From IMG/VR virus record IMGVR_UViG_3300032174_000007, positions 1 to 62,323 of that record: a DNA stretch of 62,323 nucleotides; one strand, written 5' to 3'. Below, piece after piece: positions 18,314 to 28,833 of this stretch (the first letter of the stretch is position 1; each line of letters starts with the position of its first letter). Both the position numbers and the translations under genes were made by a program. This DNA is from a virus. Its lineage: Duplodnaviria; Caudoviricetes. Under the pieces are notes generated by a model. It did not search any database. It was not told the DNA's origin and saw only the letters and a program-made list of their open reading frames with translations.

Positions 18314-19161
18314 TCACCTCCGCCCATGCCCCGCCAGCGCTCAATGATCGCATCTAGTATTCGCGGCGTCACGAACTCCCGCACGACCTCGCTCATGCCT
18401 TCGTTGGGCGTGAACGTCGAGATCAGGTGCCCCGATCGCGTCATCAAGCGGATGCGCTGCTCGATGTAGATTGCCAGCGGCGGCTCCTCATCGTCCCAGA
18501 TGATATCACGCTCGGTGCCTTCGAACGATCCGCGGCCCTGCTGATAGGACTTGAAGCCGAGCTCGGAGAAGCCGCCATTGCGGTGCCTGATCTTGATCGT
18601 GTCGATGAAGTCGGCAATGCCGCGCTTCCACGAGATCGAGCCGTCGATGATGTCCTCGCCCGGAATGAGTCCGGTCCCGCGCACCGTCTTGCGCCGGCCT
18701 ATCCAGGTAACGGGGCCTAGAAGCTTCTTCTGCAGGATGTCGCGGGTCGGCTCGTTGAGCTTGCCGCAGGCCCACACGTCCACAGGCCGATCATAACGCA
18801 TGCCGGGCCACCAGTCGGGATAGCGGCCGGTCAGATGCAGCGTGGTCTCGTAGCCGCCGGCACCTTCGGTCTTTCCAATCCGGTTTGCGGCCAGAAACAG
18901 CCGCTCGGTGTGGGGCGACCCGTCGCAATCCTCCGGGCACGTGACCATCGGCTTGTGCTGGCCGCCGGCTGCGAAGAACTCCATGTGCCGCGCGTAGAGT
19001 TCCCGTCTTAGCGGCCCGGTGTCGGGATAGAAGCGATAAAGCGCCCGCCGCGGTTCAGCCTGGGCTACGCTCTCTCTCAGCTTGCGGGCCAACAGGAGCC
19101 GGCCCTGCGGCGTCATCGACGACGCCAAGCTCGAGAACTTCTGCAAGAGCGCGCTGGTCAT
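18310..19161 (-). CDS. Terminase large subunit, N-terminal ATPase part (P22 gp2-like)
   Basis: Walker A AANRIGKT, HLTGRYPDWW, Walker B IIWDDEEP, TFTP. Confidence 0.9.
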   Translation of the reverse strand: MTSALLQKFSSLASSMTPQGRLLLARKLRESVAQAEPRRALYRFYPDTGPLRRELYARHMEFFAAGGQHKPMVTCPEDCDGSPHTERLFLAANRIGKTEGAGGYETTLHLTGRYPDWWPGMRYDRPVDVWACGKLNEPTRDILQKKLLGPVTWIGRRKTVRGTGLIPGEDIIDGSISWKRGIADFIDTIKIRHRNGGFSELGFKSYQQGRGSFEGTERDIIWDDEEPPLAIYIEQRIRLMTRSGHLISTFTPNEGMSEVVREFVTPRILDAIIERWRGMGGGE

Positions 19162-19642
19162 CGATGCTCAGCATGTTGAAGATGTTGACATCGCGCCGCT
19201 CGGGTTCGGGCAGTCCTCCCAGATGCTTGAGCAGCGTGAAGTTGGCCTGGTTCTTGTCGTAGAGGTGGTATTGCAGCGGCTTGCCCTCGGCGTCGAAGGA
19301 GGTGTAGGCGATCGCTGCGGCGAGATCACGCGGCAGTGCTGCAATCGGGATCAGCTTGCCTTCTTGATCATAGTAGTCCTGGCTGTTGGCACGGCCGACC
19401 CGATCGATTTCGACCACAATCCGGGCGGCGCGGACATCGGCGTATTCCAGCGCCTCCTTGAACCGCTCGCGGATGCGGGCGCGGACTTCCTTGCGGTTGG
19501 AGAGGCGCCGGGCGTTGGCAGGAGCTGGCGGATAGCCGGCGCGCTTATAGGCTTCGAGCGCAGGCGATTTCTCGCCGGCAAGTGAGAGTTCCACGAACTC
19601 CTGCGCGAATTTCTCCCAAGACAGCCGTGCCAGCGCACCCAT
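19055..19642 (-). CDS. Terminase small subunit
   Basis: EKFAQEFV..AYKRAGY..ANARRL..EVRARI; LYDK..LLKHLG. Confidence 0.8.
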   Translation of the reverse strand: MGALARLSWEKFAQEFVELSLAGEKSPALEAYKRAGYPPAPANARRLSNRKEVRARIRERFKEALEYADVRAARIVVEIDRVGRANSQDYYDQEGKLIPIAALPRDLAAAIAYTSFDAEGKPLQYHLYDKNQANFTLLKHLGGLPEPERRDVNIFNMLSIDDQRALAEVLELGVVDDAAGPAPVGPQAERERSPG

Positions 19643-19669
19643 AAAACCACGCGGGCATGTCACCCGCTC

Positions 19670-20083
19670 CTATCCGTAGCCTCCGCGTCCGGGGTTATAT
19701 CGCACTCGCTCGAAGCGGCGCAAGGGGTAGGCGGGACCGACGAGTTCATGGGAAAGGTCGTCTGCGGCCGGCGGTGGGGTGACGAAGAGGGGCGGAGCCG
19801 CGGATTCAGCGGCTTCTTCGACCCGGGATTCCAGAAGCGCATCCGTTGAGTTGGTTGATTGATCTGGATCAATGCCAGTCTGTGGGTGCCGGTCGTCCTG
19901 CGCGGTCACCAGACGCCGGGCGATATCGTCCCGCGGCATCGCCACCAGCCCGTTCATCATCTTGGTAAGGAGCGACCGCACCCAGGCGGCGTTGTCCAGC
20001 CCCTCGCGCTCGGCGCGTTCGCCGATCCAGGCCTCGAGCTCATCGCCGAGGCGAATCACCATGCGCTTGGTCAATGCGGCCAT
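19670..20083 (-). CDS. Ribbon-helix-helix-like protein containing a degenerate cassette R end
   Basis: KRMVIRLGDELEAWI..A.REGL..A.WVR; AGGAGG RBS; R-like sequence at 19861-19910. Confidence 0.6.
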   Translation of the reverse strand: MAALTKRMVIRLGDELEAWIGERAEREGLDNAAWVRSLLTKMMNGLVAMPRDDIARRLVTAQDDRHPQTGIDPDQSTNSTDALLESRVEEAAESAAPPLFVTPPPAADDLSHELVGPAYPLRRFERVRYNPGRGGYG

Positions 20084-20097
20084 CGGCTGCCTCCTAT

Positions 20098-20123
20098 AAA
20101 AAAGGCCGCCCTTTCGGACGGCC
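20098..20123 (-). terminator. Intrinsic terminator at the head of the late operon
   Basis: GGCCGTCC-GAAA-GGGCGGCC followed by TTTTTT on the minus strand. Confidence 0.8.
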
Positions 20124-20196
20124 AAGGACGGGGAGGAAACCTGCGATTTTTAAGCGCGTTCCACAATAGCGATGGCTCGGTTTGCCATCACAAGGA

Positions 20197-20826
20197 TCAG
20201 AGCTTTTGGAGATCGTCAGCGTCGAACTGTACAGGGGTGGCCCGTCCGAAGATGCCCACTAGTGCCATGACGCGGCCGTGATCGTCAATAGCCGATGTGA
20301 CGGTTGCGTAAAACTCCGCGAATGGACCGGTCAGTATCCTTGTCGTATCGCCGACCTCGATCTTCCAGCGCAGCGCCTTGCGCCCGGTCTTGGTGGCGTG
20401 GCAGGCCTCGGCAAGGCGGATCGTGTCGATGATGGGCTCGGAGAGTGGATGCGGGGCACCTTCACCCACCAGCTGCCGCACACCGGCAACATTGCGGGCG
20501 CGGTCCCAATGGTCCGATCGCGGCAGACATCGGATGAACAGGTAGGTCGAGAACATCGGCCGCTCGACCTCGCGCGTCGAATGGCGGCCGTGGCGTTCCT
20601 TGACGAACAGGATCGGAAGGTAGACGCCGAAATTGCGCAGCCGCAGCCCCTCGGCGGCCAGGCGTTCGGTGTTGCCTTGACAGCGAACACCAAACCAATA
20701 GCCTTGGTCGGATGGGAGTGGGTCGATGGATTCGTGGGATCCGTAGCGTGAGAGTGTCCGATGGTGGGCAATCTTTGATTCTTCGATAAGGCGCCGATAT
20801 TCTTCGTTCTGGTCGAGATTGCCCAC
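20197..20826 (-). CDS. NusG/RfaH-family antiterminator
   Basis: NGN domain (WFGVRC..E..GVYLP..PMFSTYLFI) plus KOW (VGDTTRILTGPFAEF); start GTG inferred. Confidence 0.85.
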   Translation of the reverse strand: MGNLDQNEEYRRLIEESKIAHHRTLSRYGSHESIDPLPSDQGYWFGVRCQGNTERLAAEGLRLRNFGVYLPILFVKERHGRHSTREVERPMFSTYLFIRCLPRSDHWDRARNVAGVRQLVGEGAPHPLSEPIIDTIRLAEACHATKTGRKALRWKIEVGDTTRILTGPFAEFYATVTSAIDDHGRVMALVGIFGRATPVQFDADDLQKL

Positions 20827-20831
20827 GGTGT

Positions 20832-22031
20832 CTACCCCTTGCTGAATTCCACCAAATCGTCCTCGGTCGCGAGCGTTCCGGGAACAAGCGGTGGATCGGT
20901 GCCGGAGTAGATCGTGCCGTCGGCGCGCGGTGGCCAAGGCCAGGGAACACAGACCTCGGTCAGTCGCGGGAGGTTGTAGCCAGCGAAGGTCTCCCGGATG
21001 AAGCCCACCCAAGCGCCGAAATTCTGCGTACCGGCTTGGAATCGCTCCGTGCAAATTCCAGGCGAATCAGCCATCGCGAGGAGCCGCAGCGTGATCGGAT
21101 GCCGATAGCTGATCGTGCCGTCCTTGAACACCAGCGGCGTGAAACGAGCAATCCGCGCGAGCGCCAAAATTGCCCGGCCTTCCAACAGCATCGGATGATA
21201 GGTCTTTGGCGCGTCGGCCGCCGCATCGGCCTTCTCGCCGGCTTCGATAAACCCGATCCATTCACCGTTCTTGACCCAGATGTGGGCGTTTTTTGCCGTC
21301 CGGGACCGTCCGCGCCGCCGTTGCCGCTCGCGCTCGAGATAGGCCGCGTAGCCCTTGGCACCGGTGAGGCAGGCCTCGAAGTCGGAGTCCGCCAGCACGG
21401 CGAGCTCGGCGCGGGTGCGGTTCCAGTTGGTGATCGGGTCGGGATAGACCTTGGCGAGTTGCCTGGTTCGCTTCTCTCCAATTGAATCCTCAGCATCCTT
21501 CACCCCCCTCTTAAGGGGGGAAGGGGGGCTTACTTCCTGGTTCAGGTTAAGAGCATTAGCCCCTGTCCCTAGTGAGGTGGCTAGTAGAGGGCTAATGGAG
21601 TCCTGATCGGGATTAGTACCCCCTTCCCGTACGGGGCTAACAGAGGGTGGGGAATTTTCTTCTCCCGGCTCCTTGGGGCCTTTATTGGCTGCATTTCTCT
21701 CGATTTCTTCGGCATCGGCGTTGACCAAGAGGCGAATCTCGTCGGTCGTACGCTTGCCGCGACCGTCGCTGTTGCGCCGGCCATGCTCATCGAGCCACTG
21801 TGGCACGCGCAGCACGGCCCCGATCGACTCCAGCCACGCCAGCCGACGACGGACGGTTTCGGTCGCGAGCTCGCAATCCTCGGCCAAGGCACCAATCCCC
21901 ACAAAACACGCACCTTCGCCGTTCACATAAATCGTGAGCATCGAAAGCACGAGTTTTGCGTAGGGATTACCCAAACGCAGGTTACGCGCCCACGCATGCG
22001 CTTCGTCGGCAGCTATACGGCGCGACCTCAT
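20832..22031 (-). CDS. Replication initiator (N-terminal winged HTH)
   Basis: AKLVLSML..CFVGIGALAEDCELATETVRRRLAWLE; linker PPSPLKRG. Confidence 0.75.
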   Translation of the reverse strand: MRSRRIAADEAHAWARNLRLGNPYAKLVLSMLTIYVNGEGACFVGIGALAEDCELATETVRRRLAWLESIGAVLRVPQWLDEHGRRNSDGRGKRTTDEIRLLVNADAEEIERNAANKGPKEPGEENSPPSVSPVREGGTNPDQDSISPLLATSLGTGANALNLNQEVSPPSPLKRGVKDAEDSIGEKRTRQLAKVYPDPITNWNRTRAELAVLADSDFEACLTGAKGYAAYLERERQRRRGRSRTAKNAHIWVKNGEWIGFIEAGEKADAAADAPKTYHPMLLEGRAILALARIARFTPLVFKDGTISYRHPITLRLLAMADSPGICTERFQAGTQNFGAWVGFIRETFAGYNLPRLTEVCVPWPWPPRADGTIYSGTDPPLVPGTLATEDDLVEFSKG

Positions 22032-22066
22032 ATGGGCGATTCCCGACGATTCATGATTATGGCGCG

Positions 22067-22300
22067 CTATGCAGATTTTGCACAGCTGGCGGGGTTCACG
22101 CGGTAATAACGCAGTCGCGACCAACGGCCGGGCTCGGCTTCCTCGATCCGCTCCGCCCGTCCGCTGCTATGCAATTCACGCAAGGCGCAGCGCACGCTAT
22201 TGGGTGCCCACTGGCCCATGCGGCGCCAGATCTCAAGCGCCGTCTCGGGCGTCGGGCCGAGGTGCTTCTCGGTGTCGATGATGACTTGGGTATACTTCAT
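22067..22300 (-). CDS. Small HTH-like protein
   Basis: NSVRCALRELHSSGRAER. Confidence 0.45.
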   Translation of the reverse strand: MKYTQVIIDTEKHLGPTPETALEIWRRMGQWAPNSVRCALRELHSSGRAERIEEAEPGRWSRLRYYRVNPASCAKSA

Positions 22301-22444
22301 GGTAGCGGCTTTGTTGCTTGCGGTAGACTTGCTGGCCAAGGAACCGGATGGTGGAGGTGGGGGCACCGTTGAAGCAGGCGTGCAGGAGGGCGATGCAGGC
22401 GAGGTGGTATTCGGATTCGGTGATGATGGGGCGCGACGGGAAGG

Positions 22445-23779
22445 TCATGGTTGGATCACGAGAGGGGAGGGCGGGCGGAGAGGGTCATCGGTCATCAGAG
22501 GATCTTGGTGGGGCGGTTCGATTGCTACGTCGCAGAGCATGCCGCCTTCATTCTTGATGCGGCGCTCGGCCATCGCAGCATACGCGGGATTAAGCTCGAT
22601 CAGGATGGCGTTGCGCTGCAACCGATCGGCGACGAGGCCGGTCGTGCCGGCGCCGCCGAAGGGGTCGAGGACGGTGCCGCCGAAGGGGCAGCCCGCCACA
22701 ATGCAGCGCTCTGCGAGTTCCGGCGGGAAGGTTGCAAAATGCGCTTCGCTGAATGCTTGCGTCGCCATCGGCCATACCGAAAGCGGCGCGGGCTCGTAAT
22801 TTCGCAGGAAGCGCCCGTTTGCAACCTGCTCTGTTCGCTCCATTTGATCCCAGCGGTCGTTGAATCCTTGATGCCGACGGCTATGGCCTCGCTGCTTATC
22901 GATGAGCTTGCCAGCTTCGCGGCCATTGCGATGATGCGATCCGTGACCGCCTGGTCCGGTGTCCCAGCCGTCTGGCATTTTTATTCGCTTGTTGCCCACG
23001 ACTCGGCGTTTGCCGGGGTTGCCTTCGACATACGAGCCGCCGCGAAAAGTGGCGGCGTCTTCGTCCGAAGTGCGACCTTGCTTGATCGCCGCAGCGTCGA
23101 AATAATACGGCATCCTGATCCAGCGCGGACCAAGCTCGCCGGTCGTGACCATCACCACCTGCTCGGACAGATCGGGATTTGTTTCGATGGTGCCGGTATC
23201 GCGGGCGCGGAAATAATCGGAGATATTTGATTTTGCGAGCAACCAGATCTTTTCATGCGCGGCTGATGGCCGGATGGCGCCAGACGAATCGGGCATCGGA
23301 TTAGTTTTTCCCCAGATGTTTTCCGCCTTCACCCACCAGCCATCGTCTTGAAGGGCGATGGCGAGCCGATTTGGAATCATGCAGAGGTCGCCAGGCTTGA
23401 GCCGCCCACCCGCACGAACTCTGTTGCCGGCGTCGGGCCTATAGTTCTCTTTCGCTCGGCTGTTTTTGTTTCGATTGGCGTTTGCGAGCGAATATTGCAG
23501 ATTGCCATCCGTATTGAGACCGCTCGCAATCGTCGCGTAGCAATCACCGTAATTGAGCCACAGCGTTCCAGATGACGTGAGGATGCGGCGGACCTCTCGT
23601 AACAGGTCAACCATTAGATCTAGATGCTCGCCGAGCGAGGCTTCCAGCCCGATCTGTCCAGCGACACCGTAGTCCCGCAACCCCCAATATGGGGGGCTCG
23701 TCACCACGCAATGCACGGATTCCGCAGGCAGTGTGCGCAGCACATCGCGACAATCCCCGACGATGATCCGCACGCTCAT
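22445..23779 (-). CDS. N4-C/N6-A DNA methyltransferase (beta class)
   Basis: VTSPPY, HFATFP, VLDPFGGAGTT. Confidence 0.92.
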   Translation of the reverse strand: MSVRIIVGDCRDVLRTLPAESVHCVVTSPPYWGLRDYGVAGQIGLEASLGEHLDLMVDLLREVRRILTSSGTLWLNYGDCYATIASGLNTDGNLQYSLANANRNKNSRAKENYRPDAGNRVRAGGRLKPGDLCMIPNRLAIALQDDGWWVKAENIWGKTNPMPDSSGAIRPSAAHEKIWLLAKSNISDYFRARDTGTIETNPDLSEQVVMVTTGELGPRWIRMPYYFDAAAIKQGRTSDEDAATFRGGSYVEGNPGKRRVVGNKRIKMPDGWDTGPGGHGSHHRNGREAGKLIDKQRGHSRRHQGFNDRWDQMERTEQVANGRFLRNYEPAPLSVWPMATQAFSEAHFATFPPELAERCIVAGCPFGGTVLDPFGGAGTTGLVADRLQRNAILIELNPAYAAMAERRIKNEGGMLCDVAIEPPHQDPLMTDDPLRPPSPLVIQP

Positions 23780-23780
23780 G

Positions 23781-23832
23781 CTGAGGGCCTCTGATCACCA
23801 GTCGGGTTCCCGAGCGGGACTTGTCCCATAAG
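23781..23832 (-). repeat. Cassette L end upstream of methyltransferase
   Basis: ATGGGACAAGTCCCGCTCGGGAACCCGACTGGTGATCAGAGGCCCTCAG; encodes MGQVPLGNPTGDQRPSA* coupled to the MTase ATG. Confidence 0.85.
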
Positions 23833-23837
23833 CTTTT

Positions 23838-24799
<962 letters not shown>

Positions 24800-24803
<4 letters not shown>

Positions 24804-26020
24804 TCGGCAGCCTCGCTTGCGGCTTCGGCTTCGTTTCCCCATGCCGACCAACCGGGACGTGCCGCACCGCGGCAGTTCAACTCAACCTTGGGCAACGTCG
24901 GGAACAACCGCTCAATCATCTCCGGGAAAAACTCGGGTTTCTCAGAGTGAGTATGAACGAGCGCCTCAATGAGTGAGTTTTCCTGCGTTCCGGGCGCCGG
25001 AGCCGGTATCTTTCCGCGCGTGCCAACCAGGAGAATTTCGTGGCAATTGCGGAACCAATAGCCGGTTCCAACCGCTGACACACACGTTGACGTGCCAGCT
25101 AATTGCCGTAGCTTCCGCCATATCTGGTGGCTGCAATAATCGAAACCCCAGGCCCCCATGACTGTCAGAGCGTGCGGAAGCATGGGCACTGTGGCCCACA
25201 GGAACAGCACGCAGTCGTCGGCCGCAATGCTCGGCACGTCCCGGGAGGCGATAACCTCGGTACATGAGGTCGGATAGTGGTTGTCGGCAGCGCGATCCAT
25301 GCCAGTCTCGCGCGACCAGGGCTCGAAACGCCATTCGGGATCCGCGAGGATCACGCCGAATTTCTGCTGCGGCAGCGCACACTGAATGCCGCCCAGAACG
25401 CGCTCGCGGATGGCGCGGCGTTCCTTCTTCTCCTGCTGGCGCTCGGCGTGGGCCTCCTTGAGAACCGTTTTGTCGCCATCGATCGTGGCAACTGCAATCC
25501 GCTTGGCTTTGGCGATCTTGGCCTCTTGGGCGTCGAACGGAAGGGCGGCGAGTTGCTGCCAGCGGGAGGATTGAGTGCGGCTGATGTCGAGGTCGGAAAG
25601 TGTAGCAGCGTGCGACTCTTTCGGCCGCCCCTTTGGCCTCGCATCCCGCTCCGCAAGCTCGCGCAGGATTTCGCCGGATCGGATTTCGGCACGCAGTTTG
25701 ATCTCGGTCGCGCGGTCAATCAGTTCACGGTCCTTTGCCTGTTGAGCGTAGGTCTTGAGCGCAACTGCCTTGTCGCGGATGTCCTTGACCTCATCGATAG
25801 CCACGGCTTGGGCGAGGGCCTGGCGGGCGGTTTCGTACCATCCGAATTGGTTGGCTTGAACCGGGACGAGGGCGGTCTTGCGCTCCGCCTTCTCGATCGC
25901 GCGCCGCACCTTGTCCTTGTCCCAATTCATCGCCTTGGCGATGCGGATATAGCCCCAGGAGGGGTGCTCGGCCTTGAGGCGGAGGGCGCGGGTTGATTGA
26001 TTTGAATCAAGGCTTGGCAT
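24800..26020 (-). CDS. MT-A70 family adenine methyltransferase with N-terminal HTH/helical region
   Basis: [38 protein letters not shown]; probable ATG inside cassette R end. Confidence 0.85.
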
Positions 26021-26070
26021 GTGGGGGTGGGAGCTCTGAGCGGTCAGGGACCGCTTCTGATTATCGGTGG
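25999..26070 (-). mobile_element. Degenerate minimal cassette
   Basis: R end CCTGACCGCTCAGAG..CAAGCCTTGATTCAAATC; L remnant CCCACCGATAATCAGAAGC. Confidence 0.7.
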
Positions 26071-26522
26071 GCAATCCGCGCATGATGCGAGCAATAGCTG
26101 CCATCCCGCATCGCGGCCCCGCAGAACACGAAATCCGCCTCTTTGGGGTTGCCTATCGGCCAGCGGCAGTGCTCGGGCTCAAGCGCAAATAGGGGGACGC
26201 CGACGGCCGGGACCTCAACCGGTAGGTCGATCACTCGCTCGGTAGGCAGCATGCCCGAATCGGGGTCGATTGGGCTGCAGGTCGGGAAACGCGACCCGGC
26301 CACAAAGCGATCGGGCCGCGGCGGCTTGTTGGCTTGCTTCAACTCCCGCTTGTGGGCACGGGCGACCTTGACCTGCTCCATGGTTTGGCAGATGCCGAGA
26401 CGGTGCAGCTTGCCGATGACGGCGCTGCGGGAAATGTTGAGCCTTTTGGCGACCTCGGCGCATGACAGCCTGCGGGCGTTGAGGGCTTTCAGCTGGTCGA
26501 TCAGTTCCTGCGTCCACACCAT
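26061..26522 (-). CDS. gcrA: GcrA cell-cycle regulator homolog
   Basis: [26 protein letters not shown]; CRWPIG.P...F.FCG..YC..H. Confidence 0.9.
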   Translation of the reverse strand: MVWTQELIDQLKALNARRLSCAEVAKRLNISRSAVIGKLHRLGICQTMEQVKVARAHKRELKQANKPPRPDRFVAGSRFPTCSPIDPDSGMLPTERVIDLPVEVPAVGVPLFALEPEHCRWPIGNPKEADFVFCGAAMRDGSYCSHHARIAHR

Positions 26523-26557
26523 GGCCGGTCCTCCATTGTGGGAGTTCACGTTAAAAC

Positions 26558-26761
26558 CTATCCTGTTGGGCTTAGGGAGCGCGCCAGGAGCCTGCGGATG
26601 GCTTCCGGGCGGGAAGGGAGGTCGTCCTCGTTGCGGCGCCAGTCATCGATCTGCCGCACAGTGTCAGGCTTGAGCAGGAGCTGGACGCCGATTGATTCGG
26701 TCTCGGAACGTGGACGGCCACGCTTGATTTCGGCATTGTTGGTATTTTCATTTGACGACAT
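26558..26761 (-). CDS. Arc/RHH-type regulator
   Basis: KRGRP..IDDWR..DLPSRPEAIRRLL. Confidence 0.75.
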   Translation of the reverse strand: MSSNENTNNAEIKRGRPRSETESIGVQLLLKPDTVRQIDDWRRNEDDLPSRPEAIRRLLARSLSPTG

Positions 26762-26817
26762 GGGGGAAGGTGTGCCATAGGATTGAGGGTAATGCAAGCG
26801 GAAATGTTTTAAGGGGT

Positions 26818-27113
26818 AGGATTTATGGACAATGACCGCTCTGGGAACCCGACTGGTGATCGCAGGCCGGAGGTTGAATTTGACAATTATGGGTCCCTCG
26901 TTGTTCGCCGCGGCGGTGCCGAATTTCGGCTCGTGCAAGATGGGAGAGTTATCCGCACAACCTTAAGTCGGCCGGACAAGCGCGGCTTTCGGACACCTCA
27001 CTACCGGGCGGTAAAGAGCCGATTTGCTGATCAAGTGCGCGATGCCATTCTCTCAATGATTCCTGACCGCTCGGAGCCTTCACACCCGTCGCGCACGCCT
27101 TGATCCAAATCCT
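26818..27113 (+). mobile_element. L/R cassette with 92-aa cargo ORF (26825..27103)
   Basis: AGGATTTATGGACAATGACCGCTC.. / ..CCTGACCGCTC..CCTTGATCCAAATCCT; ORF MDNDRSGNPTGDR..PDRSEPSHPSRTP. Confidence 0.88.
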
Positions 27114-27133
27114 TACGGGAATCACCCCACCCC

Positions 27134-27544
27134 ATGACCTCACCCCTCCGCGCCGGCCGTATCCCCATCCCCAGCGAGGCCTTCAGCCACGATCTCGGCA
27201 TGCGCCGCAAGCGTCCCCGGCAGGAGGCCCGTAACCACATCAAGTTCATCCGCACGCTTCCCTGCCTCGTTTGCGGCTCCCGGAAGGGCGTCCAAGCGGC
27301 CCATATCCGTTCTCGCAATCCCGTCTACGGCAAGCGCGGCACCGGAGCAGGCGAGAAGCCCGACGACAAGTTCACGCTGCCGTTGTGCCAGGAGCACCAT
27401 GCGAAGCAGCATCAGGGCAACGAGATGGCGTTCTGGGCGCGTTATGACATTGATCCATTCGCCGTCGCGCTGGCACTGTTTGCGGCTTCCGGGGATGAGG
27501 ATGCCGGGGAATTGATCTTGCAGGAGGTGCGACGGCATGGCTGA
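27134..27544 (+). CDS. DUF968/HNH-like Zn-binding nuclease
   Basis: FIRTLPCLVCG..AAHIR..KPDD.FTLPLC..HH..QH. Confidence 0.8.
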   Translation: MTSPLRAGRIPIPSEAFSHDLGMRRKRPRQEARNHIKFIRTLPCLVCGSRKGVQAAHIRSRNPVYGKRGTGAGEKPDDKFTLPLCQEHHAKQHQGNEMAFWARYDIDPFAVALALFAASGDEDAGELILQEVRRHG

Positions 27545-27737
27545 GCGTAGGATGATCAAGGTGGTCCGAACGGACCTGTCAGTCTGGCTCGGCAGACAGT
27601 CGGAGGCAGTGCGAGCTTGCGGTGCCCCACTTGTTGCGGGGCTCGATGCGGCGATGCTTGGGCCATCAACAAGCATTCCGATCAAACAACAGCTTGTCGA
27701 GGACATCGCGCGGTTGAAGGCCGCGATCGTGCAATAA
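27537..27737 (+). CDS. Hypothetical protein
   Basis: Overlapping start with GGAGG RBS. Confidence 0.5.
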   Translation: MAERRMIKVVRTDLSVWLGRQSEAVRACGAPLVAGLDAAMLGPSTSIPIKQQLVEDIARLKAAIVQ

Positions 27738-28013
27738 CGATATCGGTCGAATGCGAGCAGGAGAAAAGGAATGACACCCGATGAACATATCGCCTACTGG
27801 CGAAAAGCCGCAGCTAACGCGCGGACGAAAGAAAGCGCGCTCACGGCATTCGGCGTCTATGCTGGCCTTTCCATGATGGAGGGGCAGTGCGTAAATGCAC
27901 TGCGAAGGCGATGTACCTTCAGTTGACGGATAAAGCCACATGATTTACAAGCACTTATGGCAAGTACCTGTCGGTTATCGGTCGGTTATCGGGCCAGGGC
28001 GCCACCCGGCACT

Positions 28014-28661
28014 CTATGGCTTGGTGCCGATTTTAATGTGGATCGCGTTCGGCAGTTCGCTGTTGTCCGTGATTCGTAACGCTGTTGCTTTGATTCCTGC
28101 TGCCAATAGCGCATCCCAAAGCGCCTTCGTAGCTGGACCCCACTCGGCTGTCCGTGAATCGTGGATTTGGATTTCGAGGCCCGCGAACGCGACCATGCCA
28201 GCATTAGGTTGCCCTGGCGGCGTAAATACGATGGGTGTTCCTTGCCAAGGTTGGCGGTTCCAACCGGCCGCTTTGAGTGAAGCGCCAATTTGTTCCATCA
28301 AGGCGAACGGTTCGGCCCCTGGCTGCAAGGAAAAATCGAACGGAACGCCAGAAAATTCCATCACTTTTTCGGTGATGTCGGCCTGTTGCGTTGCCGTCAA
28401 CGAGCGGGGCGACAATTTTTCTTCCAACGATATGATTTGGCCGCGTTGGACAGACGCAATGCGTTCTTCGGACATAAAAAGTGCCAAACTGAATAGCGTT
28501 TCTAGCGCCACGCCCATGATGACGCATCTGTGGGCAATTTTAGCAAATTCTTCCCCGTTATTTTGGGTTTCCCAGACAATCCCAAAACTTGCAACGATGG
28601 CTGCCACGCCAGCCCCAACTAAGAGCCACGAATTCAGTATCGCGAGCGTATCGGCGTCCAT
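28014..28661 (-). CDS. IS passenger membrane protein
   Basis: Two or more hydrophobic helices then a soluble domain; lies inside the IRs; start uncertain. Confidence 0.7.
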   Translation of the reverse strand: MDADTLAILNSWLLVGAGVAAIVASFGIVWETQNNGEEFAKIAHRCVIMGVALETLFSLALFMSEERIASVQRGQIISLEEKLSPRSLTATQQADITEKVMEFSGVPFDFSLQPGAEPFALMEQIGASLKAAGWNRQPWQGTPIVFTPPGQPNAGMVAFAGLEIQIHDSRTAEWGPATKALWDALLAAGIKATALRITDNSELPNAIHIKIGTKP

Positions 28662-28833
28662 GCTTGCACATATATTTGCGATTGCCGCCGTTCTATCCCA
28701 GTGTGCTGTTGCGGTCTGGGCCTTGGCAAAAGCATTGCGAGATTAGAGGCTCAGAATGGCAACTCCAATTGCTCAGGCTCCGGTTTGCTCGCCTCTGTCT
28801 TTTCCATCTGAGACAGTGACCAGTGACCATGTC

